A stretch of 64,000 nucleotides of DNA from Nitrospira sp. (GCA_040081095.1 JBEBHO010000124.1:4641-68640), one strand, 5' to 3'. Shown: positions 19,001 to 27,678, numbered from the stretch's first letter. The notes: generated by a model not told the origin, from the letters alone. Numbers and translations are program-made.

Positions 19001-20641
19001 ACCTGCTACGACTGGACTGCCTACCGCCGTCAGTGCCCCGCTCGTTCCATTAATCGCGTATACTGACAGGTTATTGGAGCCACCATTCGCCACATAGGCA
19101 AACCGACCGCTCGGATCCACGCCGACACCTCGAGGGCCCGTCCCGGCAGCCACCGGACTGCCTGCCACTGCACTCAATGCCCCACTCAAACCATCGATCG
19201 CAAACGCCGACACATTGTTGGAACCTTCGTTCGCCACATAGGCAAACCGGTTGTTTGGATCCACCGCCACAGCGCGTGGGCTTGTCCCAGTGACAAACGG
19301 GCTCCCCGCCACCGCCGTCAGCGCCCCCGTGACACTATCGATCATCGCGGCCGAAACGTTGTTGGCTCCCGGGTTGGCCACATAGGAATACTTTGGCATG
19401 AACTGCACCGGTGTCGGACCACTGGCCATTGCCAGTGCACTCGGACCGTTGCGGGTCCCAATCGTTGGGGATGTCGCCACTGGGGCCAGTGCCCCAGTGG
19501 CAGCATCAATCTCAAATACTGACAGCGTATTCGAGCCACTGTTCACCACATAGGCCAACCGTCCCGTAGAATCAATCGAAATGGCATTCGGCTTCGATCC
19601 AACGGCGAAGGGACTGCCAACAACCGCAGCCAGTGATCCTGTCGTACCATTCATGGTGAACGCCGATACCGTATTGCTACCAGTATTTGCTACGTAAACA
19701 AACCGCCCGCTCGGATCAATCGTCACGCCCCGTGGACCACCCCCGACCGGGACCGGAGAGCCCACAGCCGTCAGTGCTCCCGTCCCACCATCAATGGCAA
19801 ATATCGACACATTATTGGAAGAGCGATTCGCTACATACACAAAACGCCCACTGGGATCCGCTGTCACCCCGCGCGGACCTGACCCGGCCATAAACGGACT
19901 CCCCACTACAGCCGCCAAAGCCCCAGTCGAGCTGTCGATAGTGAAAGCTGAAACCGCATTAGAGCCTGAATTTGCGGCATAAAGAAAATGCCCACTCGGA
20001 TCAATAGTTAAAGCAATAGGGGTCGTCCCAGCTACGAATGGACTCCCGGCTACTGCAGTCAACGCACCAGTTGTGCTGTTCACAGAAAAGGCCGAAATGT
20101 TGTTAGAATTGGAGTTCGCCACATAGGCAAACCGTCCGGACGGATCCATGCTGGTGAAGGTGGGACCAGATCCCACGGCATACGGACTGCCTGTCACCGC
20201 TGTCAGCGCGCCGGTTGTGCCATTGATTGTGAAGGCCGACAAACTATTCGTTTGATTCGCCACATAGGCAAATCGGCTGCTCGAATCCACTGTTACAGCG
20301 ATAGGATAGGATACACCCATGACATACCCCAGCGATCGCAGTTGACCACTGGTCGTGTTGACCGCATAAATTGAGACCGTATTTTCGTTCCCGTTCGTCA
20401 CATAAGCGAACCGCGGGACCGTGGTTCCGCTGGGTGCGCCACTTCCCACTGATCCGGACGTGACAACCGAGGCCACGCTTCCTGTAGCTCCACCACTATC
20501 GCCTCCACTTCCGCAACCTGGAAGAGTAAGCCCAAGTACACTCACCGCCAGGAGCCCCCAATACGAGACGAGGCTACGCCAGAAGCGTCCGTGCAGATTA
20601 CAATTGAGATTCGTCATGGGTAAGAGCACGCGCGTCTTCAT
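16076..20641 (-). CDS. Large lipoprotein: four 7-bladed lactonase/YncE-like beta-propellers with a central BACON domain
   Basis: Lipobox LTLPGC plus Gly/Ser linker. 28 repeats of DPSGRFAYVAN-GSNNVSAF-I--TTGALT---GSP in four groups of seven; BACON-type insert at ~18121-18422. Confidence 0.9.
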   Translation of the reverse strand: MKTRVLLPMTNLNCNLHGRFWRSLVSYWGLLAVSVLGLTLPGCGSGGDSGGATGSVASVVTSGSVGSGAPSGTTVPRFAYVTNGNENTVSIYAVNTTSGQLRSLGYVMGVSYPIAVTVDSSSRFAYVANQTNSLSAFTINGTTGALTAVTGSPYAVGSGPTFTSMDPSGRFAYVANSNSNNISAFSVNSTTGALTAVAGSPFVAGTTPIALTIDPSGHFLYAANSGSNAVSAFTIDSSTGALAAVVGSPFMAGSGPRGVTADPSGRFVYVANRSSNNVSIFAIDGGTGALTAVGSPVPVGGGPRGVTIDPSGRFVYVANTGSNTVSAFTMNGTTGSLAAVVGSPFAVGSKPNAISIDSTGRLAYVVNSGSNTLSVFEIDAATGALAPVATSPTIGTRNGPSALAMASGPTPVQFMPKYSYVANPGANNVSAAMIDSVTGALTAVAGSPFVTGTSPRAVAVDPNNRFAYVANEGSNNVSAFAIDGLSGALSAVAGSPVAAGTGPRGVGVDPSGRFAYVANGGSNNLSVYAINGTSGALTAVGSPVVAGTTPVSITVDPTGQWAYVANAGSNNLSVFTINRTSGSLTAVAGSPFAAGAGPRAVTADPTGRVVYVVNGISNNVSAFTINRTTGALTVVGSPVAVGTTPVSITVEPTGRWAYVVNQGSSSLSVLAIDSTTGGLTAVGGPVATGGFPVSVSVDPSGRIAYVDYGNNSVSAFLIDGATGALTVASSFGDVPPFGEIPPAIGLSPTSLSFTARQGEGNPDAQTLNISNTGGGTLTWSANANVAWLSLSPTAGTGNSAVTVTATTGALLAGTYNSFVTVSASGALPVTVPITFSINPPVSSGLVVPRFAYVTNENENTVSVYAVDSISGQLRASGYAISGIYPFSMALDPTSRFAYVAAGSNVSAYTINSITGALTAVAGSPYATVSPTCVVVDPSGRFAYVVNRQANTVSGFTINGTTGALTPMAGGPFTTGTAPMVITLDPSGRFAYVANLTSNNVSAFTINGTTGVLTPVAGSPFPAGTTPRAIAIDPTGQFAYVANRLSSDVSMFTINGTTGALTAIGSVAVGGDPRGITMYPTGRFVYVSNNGSNNVSAFEVNGTTGGLTPVPGSPFATGTKPIFLSIDRNGQFAYVANAGGNTVSAFRVDGATGALVPLAISATVATRSGPSSVTMLYGPAPVQFTPKFAYVANQTGNNVTGLTIDNTTGALASVSGSPFAAGITPRGVVVDPSGRFAYAANEGSNNVSAFTVNTTSGSLTAIPGSPFAVGAAPRGVTVDPSGRFAFVTNQGSNTVSAFTVNGTSGTLTPVLGSPYAVGTMPGSVTVDPMGRYAYTVNAGSNSISVFTINRGDGRLTAVLGSPFAVGASPRALTVDPSGRFAYVVNEISNNVSMFTISSTTGALVAIGSPVAAGTNPVSVTVEPTGRFAYVANQGANTVSTYSISQTTGALTAAGSPLATGGLPTSVIVDLSGRWLYVANLGSNDILTYTIDGTTGALTAAGTFVGVPPMNGPFSIAAAGVMQ

Positions 20642-20775
20642 AGATTTTCCTCTACATGAAGGTTACGATAATAGTAGCAAGCTCAGAATGATAGACCATT
20701 ACGCAGACAGCATTCTGCTCGAATCGCAATGATTTTGATATCCCGCTTTAGAGGGGACGGGAAACTACCGACAGC

Positions 20776-20928
20776 TTAGAACAACGTATATATGAAAGGA
20801 GCGACCGCTGAGCCCTGGGTCAGCACGATCAAACTTCCTAACAGAACCAGCACAACGACAATCGGCAACAGCCAGAATTTCTTGCGTTCCTTCATAAAAG
20901 CCCAAAGTTCCATAACAAATCCACCCAT
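20776..20928 (-). CDS. Small membrane protein, SxtK-like (DUF5989)
   Basis: 50 aa, MGGFVMELWAFMKERKKFWLLP...GSAVAPFIYTLF; AGGAGGT RBS just upstream. The ORF track start at 21159 is too long. Confidence 0.9.
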   Translation of the reverse strand: MGGFVMELWAFMKERKKFWLLPIVVVLVLLGSLIVLTQGSAVAPFIYTLF

Positions 20929-20954
20929 GAGACACCTCCTCAACGATAGTGAGC

Positions 20955-21362
20955 TTAGAATTGATTTTTCATATGGGAATGGGGCCTCGGCGTTCGCAGA
21001 ACTCGGTAGGATTGACTCTCCTCGGAGAACGTCTGTCTCACCGTATTCTTTCCCATGAGGCGAAAAAACAATCCAATAGGAGTTACGAGGCCATAGAAAA
21101 CAAACCCCAAAAGTATTCGCGTATTGATCCATCCCAATATGTGCCCGATCCACATCCATCCTTTATGGACAGGAGCAAGCAGCTGCGGAGCAACTCCGCC
21201 GAACAAGATCAAGGTCCCGCCAAGACCCAATGCCCAAAGACGCATCGGCTCTCCACGGAAAACTATCGGCCAAAGGCCGATGACACTGAATACACTGCCC
21301 ACCAACAAGCCGAAACTCCGAAGATCTTTCATTGTCGTTGGCTGTTCCACCAGTTCCCTCAT
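20955..21362 (-). CDS. SxtJ-family membrane protein
   Basis: KDLRSFGL, WMWIGHILGWINTRILLG..FYGLVTPIG, C-terminal MKNQF. Confidence 0.9.
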   Translation of the reverse strand: MRELVEQPTTMKDLRSFGLLVGSVFSVIGLWPIVFRGEPMRLWALGLGGTLILFGGVAPQLLAPVHKGWMWIGHILGWINTRILLGFVFYGLVTPIGLFFRLMGKNTVRQTFSEESQSYRVLRTPRPHSHMKNQF

Positions 21363-21367
21363 AGCTG

Positions 21368-23221
21368 TTAATCGAGTTCAAATTCTTTCTTCCAATCCGA
21401 GTCGCCCTCCAACGGCTTCTGATCCTCTTTCTTGAGTATGCAATTTTCAAGCACCAACACATCCATTTCTGTCCGCATAAAACAGCGATAGGCATCTTCA
21501 GGCGTACAGACGATCGGCTCACCACGCACATTGAAGGAGGTATTGACCAACACGGCACAACCGGTTTTCTCTTCAAATGCCTTCAGCAATCTGTAATAGC
21601 GCGGGTTCGTATCCTCGTGAACCGTCTGAACACGAGCGGAATAGTCAATATGCGTGATCGCAGGCACATCTGACCGCGGTACATTAAGCAGTTCGATCCC
21701 CCATAAGCCCTTTTGACTCTGATCACACGGCAGGCGCCGACTTTCCGCCACAGGCGCCACCAAAAGCATGTAGGGGCTATCACAGTTCATCTGAAAGTAA
21801 TCGGACACCTTCTCACGCAACACAGAAGGGGCAAACGGACGAAAGGATTCGCGGTACTTAATCTTCAAGTTCATGACCGACTGCATCTTGGTGTTTCTGG
21901 CATCCCCGAGTATGCTGCGCCCGCCAAGCGAGCGCGGACCGAACTCCATACGGCCCTGCAGCCACCCGACAACTTTTCCAGATGCAAGTTCCTCCGCTAC
22001 CTGGCTAAACAGCTCGCTGTCATCAAGTCGAAGGTAGGTAGCACCTAGATTCTTGAGCCGGGCCTCCACATCATCATTGGTATGCTTGGGGCCCAAATAG
22101 CTGCCCTTCATCTTATCATTGACGTTGTCTGCCGTCCGCGGCTGGTTCTCATACTGATGCCATGCGCTAAGCGCAGCCCCGACTGCCCCACCGGCATCAC
22201 CGGCAGCAGGCTGAATCCATATTCCTCTGAAAGGCCCCTCTCGTAAAACCCGCCCGTTCCCAACACAGTTAAGTGCGACCCCGCCGGCCAGGCAGAGATA
22301 CTGGGCGCCGGTTTCACGATGCATCGTTCGCGAGAGACGCAGCATGACTTCTTCCGTCACTTCCTGAATCGATCGGGCTAGATCCATTTCCCGCTGACCC
22401 AACTTTGATTCCGGTTTGCGCGGAGGCCCCCCGAAAATCCCATCGAATTTTCGGCTGGTCATCGTCAGACCGGTACAGTAGTTGAAATGCTCCATATTCA
22501 TGCGGAACGTACCATCAGGTTTTAAATCCAGGAGATGGTCATAGATCGCCTTTACATATTTGGGCTCACCGTAGGGAGCAAGTCCCATAACTTTGTACTC
22601 GCCGGAGTTCACTTTGAAACCGGTGTAGTACGTAAAGGCAGAGTACAGCAACCCGATCGAGTGCGGAAACGGAATCTCCCATAAGGGAGTCAGCTGACTC
22701 CCTTCACCCAACCAAGCCGACGTGGTTGCCCACTCGCCCACACCATCCATACAGAGAACTGCCGCCTTCTCGTAAGGCGACGCATAGAATGCGGAAGCAG
22801 CGTGTGACTCGTGGTGCTCCCCAAAAAGTAATTCCGGCACCTCCGACTTGGCTAGGCCTGGCGCACAGGCCAGTATCTCCTTCTGTAACAAATTGCGAAG
22901 CAATAACTTTTCTTTCAGCCATACAGGCATGGCAGCGAGAAACGACTGAATCCCTTTGGGAGCAAAGCCAACGTAGGTCTCCAGGAGACGCTCAAACTTA
23001 ATGAGCGGCTTGTCGTAGAAAACAATGTATTTGAGATCCTTAACGCCGATACCGCCTTCGGCAAGACAATATTCAACGGCTCGTCGCGGGAACCCCGGAT
23101 CATGCTTTTTTCTTGTGAACCGCTCTTCCTGCGCAGCAGCGACAATCTCTCCGTTCCGGACAAGACATGCGGCACTATCGTGATAGAAAGCCGAAATACC
23201 GAGAATATGGCATGTGTTCAT
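21368..23221 (-). CDS. Carbamoyltransferase, NodU/CmcH/SxtI family
   Basis: ILGISAFYHDSAA, QEERFTRKKHD, EHHESHAASAF, DGVGE, GEYKVMGLAPYG, AGGVALNC, GRMEFGPRSLG, RESFRPFAP, NTSFNVRGEPIV. Confidence 0.96.
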   Translation of the reverse strand: MNTCHILGISAFYHDSAACLVRNGEIVAAAQEERFTRKKHDPGFPRRAVEYCLAEGGIGVKDLKYIVFYDKPLIKFERLLETYVGFAPKGIQSFLAAMPVWLKEKLLLRNLLQKEILACAPGLAKSEVPELLFGEHHESHAASAFYASPYEKAAVLCMDGVGEWATTSAWLGEGSQLTPLWEIPFPHSIGLLYSAFTYYTGFKVNSGEYKVMGLAPYGEPKYVKAIYDHLLDLKPDGTFRMNMEHFNYCTGLTMTSRKFDGIFGGPPRKPESKLGQREMDLARSIQEVTEEVMLRLSRTMHRETGAQYLCLAGGVALNCVGNGRVLREGPFRGIWIQPAAGDAGGAVGAALSAWHQYENQPRTADNVNDKMKGSYLGPKHTNDDVEARLKNLGATYLRLDDSELFSQVAEELASGKVVGWLQGRMEFGPRSLGGRSILGDARNTKMQSVMNLKIKYRESFRPFAPSVLREKVSDYFQMNCDSPYMLLVAPVAESRRLPCDQSQKGLWGIELLNVPRSDVPAITHIDYSARVQTVHEDTNPRYYRLLKAFEEKTGCAVLVNTSFNVRGEPIVCTPEDAYRCFMRTEMDVLVLENCILKKEDQKPLEGDSDWKKEFELD

Positions 23222-23362
23222 GTGGGCGTCCTTACATTAATCAGGCACTTCGTTCACTGCGCTATTAATGACAGGTCTCCATGAGAAGGCAAGGGTATAA
23301 AAGGGGGCATCCCCCCCTACTTAAGTTTGTGCCTCCGTCGCCGGAGAGGGTGCTGGCAAGAT

Positions 23363-24610
23363 TGACCCTCCCCCGATTTCACAGACACCTCCATAAGTGG
23401 GAGAATGGTGAAATTGGAGGTCAGCATGGCAGCACCCACACGACGTCAATTTACCGACGCCTTCAAGTCTGAGGCGGTTCGGCTCACGCGGGAATCAGGT
23501 CGGCCGGTGGCCCAGGTGGCACGAGAACTTGGGATTTCTGACCACGTGCTGTATCGATGGCGGAGTGAACAGCAGCAGGTCGACTCCCAAGGCGGCACGC
23601 GCCAGTCGGTGCGCGCCGCGCAAGACGAACTGGCTCGGCTCAAGCGAGAGAACGAGACGCTTCGGAAGGAGCGGGATTTTTCAAAACGTGCGGCGGCGTT
23701 CTTCGCGAGGGAATCCCAATGAGATACCGCGCGATCCAGGAACAGGACCGTCGCTATCCGATCCGCCTGATGTGCCGGGCCCTGGCCGTCTCAGCCGCAG
23801 GCTATTATGCCTGGCGGTCACGGCCTGAGAGTGCCCGGTCGGTGTCGGCCCGGACTATGCTTACCGCCATCCGGGTGCTCTATCGAGAATCCCGCGAGAC
23901 CTACGGCAGTCCCTGCATCTGGGACGCCTTGGTCAAACAGGGCCATCGCATCGGCGAGCATCGCATCGCCCGGCTGATGCGCCAGGACGGCATTCGAGCC
24001 AAGACGGTGAAGAAGTGGCGGGCCACCACCCAGTCCCAGCAGCGGTTCCCCGTGGCGGCCAACACGCTCGATCGCGCCTTCACGGTCGAGGCTCCGAATC
24101 GGGTGTGGGCTGGATACCTGACCTATATCTGGACTCTGGAGGGATGGCTCTACCTGGCGGTTCTGTTGGATCTGTACTCACACCGGGGGTCGGCTGGGCC
24201 ATGGGCCAGCGGTTAACCGTCAAGCTGGCCGAGCAGGCCCTCACGATGGCCTTGGCGAACCGGGCTCCCACAGCGAGGCTGGTGCACCATTCGGACCGCG
24301 GCAGTCAATATGCCGCCACCCGCTACCAGCGCCTACTCAACGGGTACGGCCTCATCCCCAGCATGAGCCGCAAAGGGAATTGCTGGGACAATGCCTGTGT
24401 CGAAAGCTTCTTCGGGACGCTCAAGCGTGAGCTGGTGTACCATCGGCGCTATGCGACCCGTGAAGAGGCGAGGCAGGATATCTTTAAATACATCGAGGTG
24501 TTCTATAATCGGCAGCGCGGCACTCGACCCTCGGCTATCACTCCCAGGCCGAGTATGTAGCGAGGACGGCAGTCGCTTAACCAGGTGTCCACGGAATTGG
24601 GGGAAGGTCA
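23363..24610 (+). mobile_element. IS3-family element with frameshifted (inactive) OrfB
   Basis: IRs TGACCCTCCCCCGATTTCACAGACACC / GGTGTCCACGGAATTGGGGGAAGGTCA. orfA 23426-23722; orfB 23719-24580 broken by 1-bp deletions near 24187 and 24517. No target duplication seen. Confidence 0.92.
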
Positions 24611-24637
24611 CTCTCCTATTTCAGAGAGCTTACAGTA

Positions 24638-25429
24638 TTACCTGAAGAGAACCCGCACCAATGCCTGCTTCACCCCAACCTTGATCCGTCCGGAAATGCC
24701 GATGGGCGTCTGGATCTGACTGGGGAAGATATTGTTGATCGAGGTGATCGGCGACAGCACGCCGTAAGTGTCGACGCCCCATCTCAGGCCACGCCCCACG
24801 AGGGAGTCCGCGGGATAGCGGATCGGCAACGAATTTTCAAGCATGAGTTCAGCGCCCCGCCTGGATATAAGATAGGCCGAAGACCCAAGAGGCAGTGATC
24901 CGACGCCGTCGTATTTCACGATCGACTCACCGGCGCGCTCGTATCGAGTGCACGGGCAATTCAGATGGAGTATCCCCCAGCCTTCCGGCAACTGCCTGTA
25001 GGCCGCCAACAGTTTTTTGGTGAAGCCTGGCCGGAATAGCATATCGTCTTCCAGAATCAGCGCCACCGGGTCCTTGCGTTCCACGATCTTGCGATAGATG
25101 TTGTAGTGGCTCAGCGAACAGCCGATCTCGCCCATGGACAGTTGCCGACTGAAGGCCTCGTTGGCCTTGTCGGGGCTGTAGATCCCCTCTTCGATCAATC
25201 TGTCCAGATTCAGCTGACGCCCATCGACGGCATCGACCATGACCGGCACGCTGCCAATTTGCGCGAGCTGCCCCAGCGCGAATCTGCGCCGTTCCTCCGA
25301 GCGGGGGAGATTGATCAGATAGATCGGGAAGGTGACTTGTCCGGTGCCTCCCCCATCGGCACCATTTCCGGTATGCGCAGTCTTAATGAGATTTCCGATG
25401 GTCCGATCCAGGAAGTCAAACATGGTCAT
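24638..25429 (-). CDS. Glycosyltransferase family 25
   Basis: IYLINLPRSEERR, DAVDG, GEIGCSLSH, LILEDD, AYLISRRGA, PAD. Confidence 0.92.
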   Translation of the reverse strand: MTMFDFLDRTIGNLIKTAHTGNGADGGGTGQVTFPIYLINLPRSEERRRFALGQLAQIGSVPVMVDAVDGRQLNLDRLIEEGIYSPDKANEAFSRQLSMGEIGCSLSHYNIYRKIVERKDPVALILEDDMLFRPGFTKKLLAAYRQLPEGWGILHLNCPCTRYERAGESIVKYDGVGSLPLGSSAYLISRRGAELMLENSLPIRYPADSLVGRGLRWGVDTYGVLSPITSINNIFPSQIQTPIGISGRIKVGVKQALVRVLFR

Positions 25430-25615
25430 GCCGCCTTAATTATTACGCTGTTGGCTCACTCTTGTCCAAAACAACTCATGACCACCGGCAGTCAGGAGGT
25501 GTAGGGTGTTGGTGAGTAACCAAGCACACCACTACCTAAACCGAAGCAAATCGATCCTTTGTATACATATTAACATGTTCAGCCACATACTCAAGTTGAT
25601 TCAAAAGCAGAGATA

Positions 25616-25937
25616 GGAATGGTAGAGAGACTTCCATCCAGCCAGGCGCGGATGGTCTGGGGCGTATTTCTCCGTGGCTCGCTGGACCCACGAGGCGGGC
25701 CGCTGAGCAGGCCACTGCAAGCGATGAGTGGGGCACCAGCCCCCCTCGCGGTGACACCACACCGCCGGCTCCCCTCTCGTTGCGGCCTGGCAGCACCGGA
25801 ACGACGCTACATCGCCTCAAGGAGAGCGGCGCAGCGCTGGCGAATGACGTGGAGCTCTCGCCAAGGCCGAGCCTCGACCCGGAGTTTCAGAATCAGCTGC
25901 CCCGCATGCTGTACGATACGCACTGCGAGCTGGATCA
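25616..25937 (-). mobile_element. IS1380-like transposase 3' remnant plus probable right end
   Basis: Minus-strand frame IQLAVRIVQHAGQLILKL...CAALLEAM* (stop 25807-25809) resembles IS1380-type C-termini; GC-rich tail. Boundaries uncertain. Confidence 0.55.
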
Positions 25938-26284
25938 TGTGACAACATCGATTTGAACAGGCTTCTCAATAAAATCGTACGCGCCGCTCTGCACCGCCTT
26001 GATGGCGTTACTCCGATCGTTATTACCGGTGATCACAATCACCTTGGTCAAGGGGTCGATCTGCAAGACAGCGCGGAGGATCGCCATCCCTTCCGACACC
26101 CGATCGACGTCTGGAGGCAACCTCAATCGAGGAGCACAAGGTCCGGCCTCACCGTCCGAATCTGTGCCAATACCGCCTGCTGATCTGAAGACTCCAGCAC
26201 CTGGTAGTCGGTAGCCAGGGCCCATTTCATTTGGTCTCGTATTTCTTCGTCGTCATTGATGAGTAGAAGGACGGGATTTGTGTA
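25935..26284 (-). pseudogene. prsR: PrsR-like (PEP-CTERM-box) sigma-54 response regulator; only a frameshifted receiver domain remains
   Basis: LLLINDDEEIRDQMKWALATDYQV...PDLVLLD / frameshift ~26125 / LPPDVDRVSEG...DPLTKVIVITGNNDRSNAIKAVQSGAYDFIEKP. No AAA+ or HTH domain; no clear start codon. Confidence 0.8.
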
Positions 26285-26586
26285 ACCTGCCTCCCTGTAG
26301 GTGAACGCCTACAGGAGAATCTCGTCTATGTCCGTACAACAGCCCCCTCAGCCCCGCACACCACCCACGCAGGCCTCCCTCCGCAAGGCAACAAATGTAG
26401 AAACCTGCTCGACCCACCATATGCTTCCGTGCTCATGGGAACCTGCTAATTATATGAAAACACAAGGAATGAAAGAAGCAATCAAGCCAGCCCAGGTCGG
26501 TCAAGCATGACACCTGCCCTCTGCTTGTTGCTCTGCCTGGCAGTACCAGATCAAAAGACCTGCCTCCAAATTACCCGTATATAATG

Positions 26587-26603
26587 TGGTCCGATACGTG
26601 CAT
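26587..26603 (+). promoter_or_regulatory. Putative sigma-54 promoter for the 26658 gene
   Basis: TGGTCCGATACGTGCAT = GG-N10-GC, 55 bp before the ATG. Palindrome CCTGTAGG-N6-CCTACAGG at 26294-26315 could be an upstream activator site. Confidence 0.5.
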
Positions 26604-26657
26604 AATGCATAACGAGGATACACCGTATCTGGTGTTCCTAATCACAGGAGGACAACC

Positions 26658-27644
26658 ATGTTGGGAACGAAACACAGGCTTGTGCCATGGTACCGCCACC
26701 CCATGACGTGGTTCAGCGTCATCAGCTCCCTCTGGCTGGCGGGAACGAGCCAGGCGGAAGTCATCTTCCAAGATAACTTCGAATATGTTGTGGATCGGAA
26801 CGTGACCAACGCGCAGATACCGTTCGAGGCGCATCGCTGGACGGATGCCAAGGGGCAGAACACAGATTATGGCAGGGGAGCTGGGTATCTCTATACTCAA
26901 CAAGACGCAACTCTGCGTTCTCGTGTCCTAGTCATGGAATCACTGCCGTCCACCTCCTCGCCCATTCAGCAAACCTCCTACCATCTTGCGTATGGTAGCG
27001 GCGGACATCCACTTGGCACGATCCCCGCGAATGTGTGGTTTCAGTTCTGGACCTATGCCACGCCGGAAAGCCGGTGGAATCGGCAGAAGTTTCTGTATCC
27101 CTGCCATACGTTTTATCCATGCCCCAACGGTGAGTACAACTGGGTTCTTAGTTTTAATGCCTTCGATCTGACTGGTGTTGGCGACAATCAAGTGAGCACT
27201 ATACCTGGCGGGCGATTCTTTCGTCTGGCGGGAGGAACCACCAACTATAGCGGCGGGAATCCATGGAATCACGATAAATTGTATCAAAATGTGAGCCATA
27301 CTCCCCTCTTACCTGGCGTGTGGTACGAGGTCCGTGCCCACATGGACACTTCCGGCCCACAAGGGGTCTTTGAACTCTGGGTCCGCCAACGCGGGGTTGC
27401 GACGTGGACGAAGTTAGCCGAATGGATTGGCGGCGTGACCCCAAACTTTACCTGGCCCATTGCTGCTGACCGGCGGAACGGCAATATCGTGTTGTCGATG
27501 CCGACGACGGTTGATGACCTCGACTCCACCACTTATCTGGACGACTTCATTATGGCAACGTCCGTCAATGATTTGGAGAGAATCAGTGGGGACAGCAACC
27601 CACCCCAGTCACCGCAGAACCTACAAGTAATCCCAGTCCCGTAG
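26658..27644 (+). CDS. Secreted beta-sandwich (ConA/LamG or polysaccharide-lyase-like) protein with a C-terminal PxxPxxL tail
   Basis: AGGAGG RBS; signal ending SQA-E; IFQDNFE start, PGVWYEVRAHM, GVFELWV, TYLDDFIMA; ends SGDSNPPQSPQNLQVIPVP. The fold assignment is inference. Confidence 0.75.
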   Translation: MLGTKHRLVPWYRHPMTWFSVISSLWLAGTSQAEVIFQDNFEYVVDRNVTNAQIPFEAHRWTDAKGQNTDYGRGAGYLYTQQDATLRSRVLVMESLPSTSSPIQQTSYHLAYGSGGHPLGTIPANVWFQFWTYATPESRWNRQKFLYPCHTFYPCPNGEYNWVLSFNAFDLTGVGDNQVSTIPGGRFFRLAGGTTNYSGGNPWNHDKLYQNVSHTPLLPGVWYEVRAHMDTSGPQGVFELWVRQRGVATWTKLAEWIGGVTPNFTWPIAADRRNGNIVLSMPTTVDDLDSTTYLDDFIMATSVNDLERISGDSNPPQSPQNLQVIPVP

Positions 27645-27678
27645 AACTGGTGTCTTATTGCCGATGCCGACCAAGGCA

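Noticed and set aside
16076-20450. Recurrent ~135-140 bp spaced motif GCCACATAGGCAAACCG resembling an array
   Set aside because: These are coding repeats of beta-propeller blades (RFAYVAN), degenerate at third positions; not CRISPR, and no cas genes.
20776-23221. Saxitoxin biosynthesis cluster
   Set aside because: Only sxtI/J/K-like genes are present; no sxtA, sxtG or other core genes, and the context is glycan synthesis.
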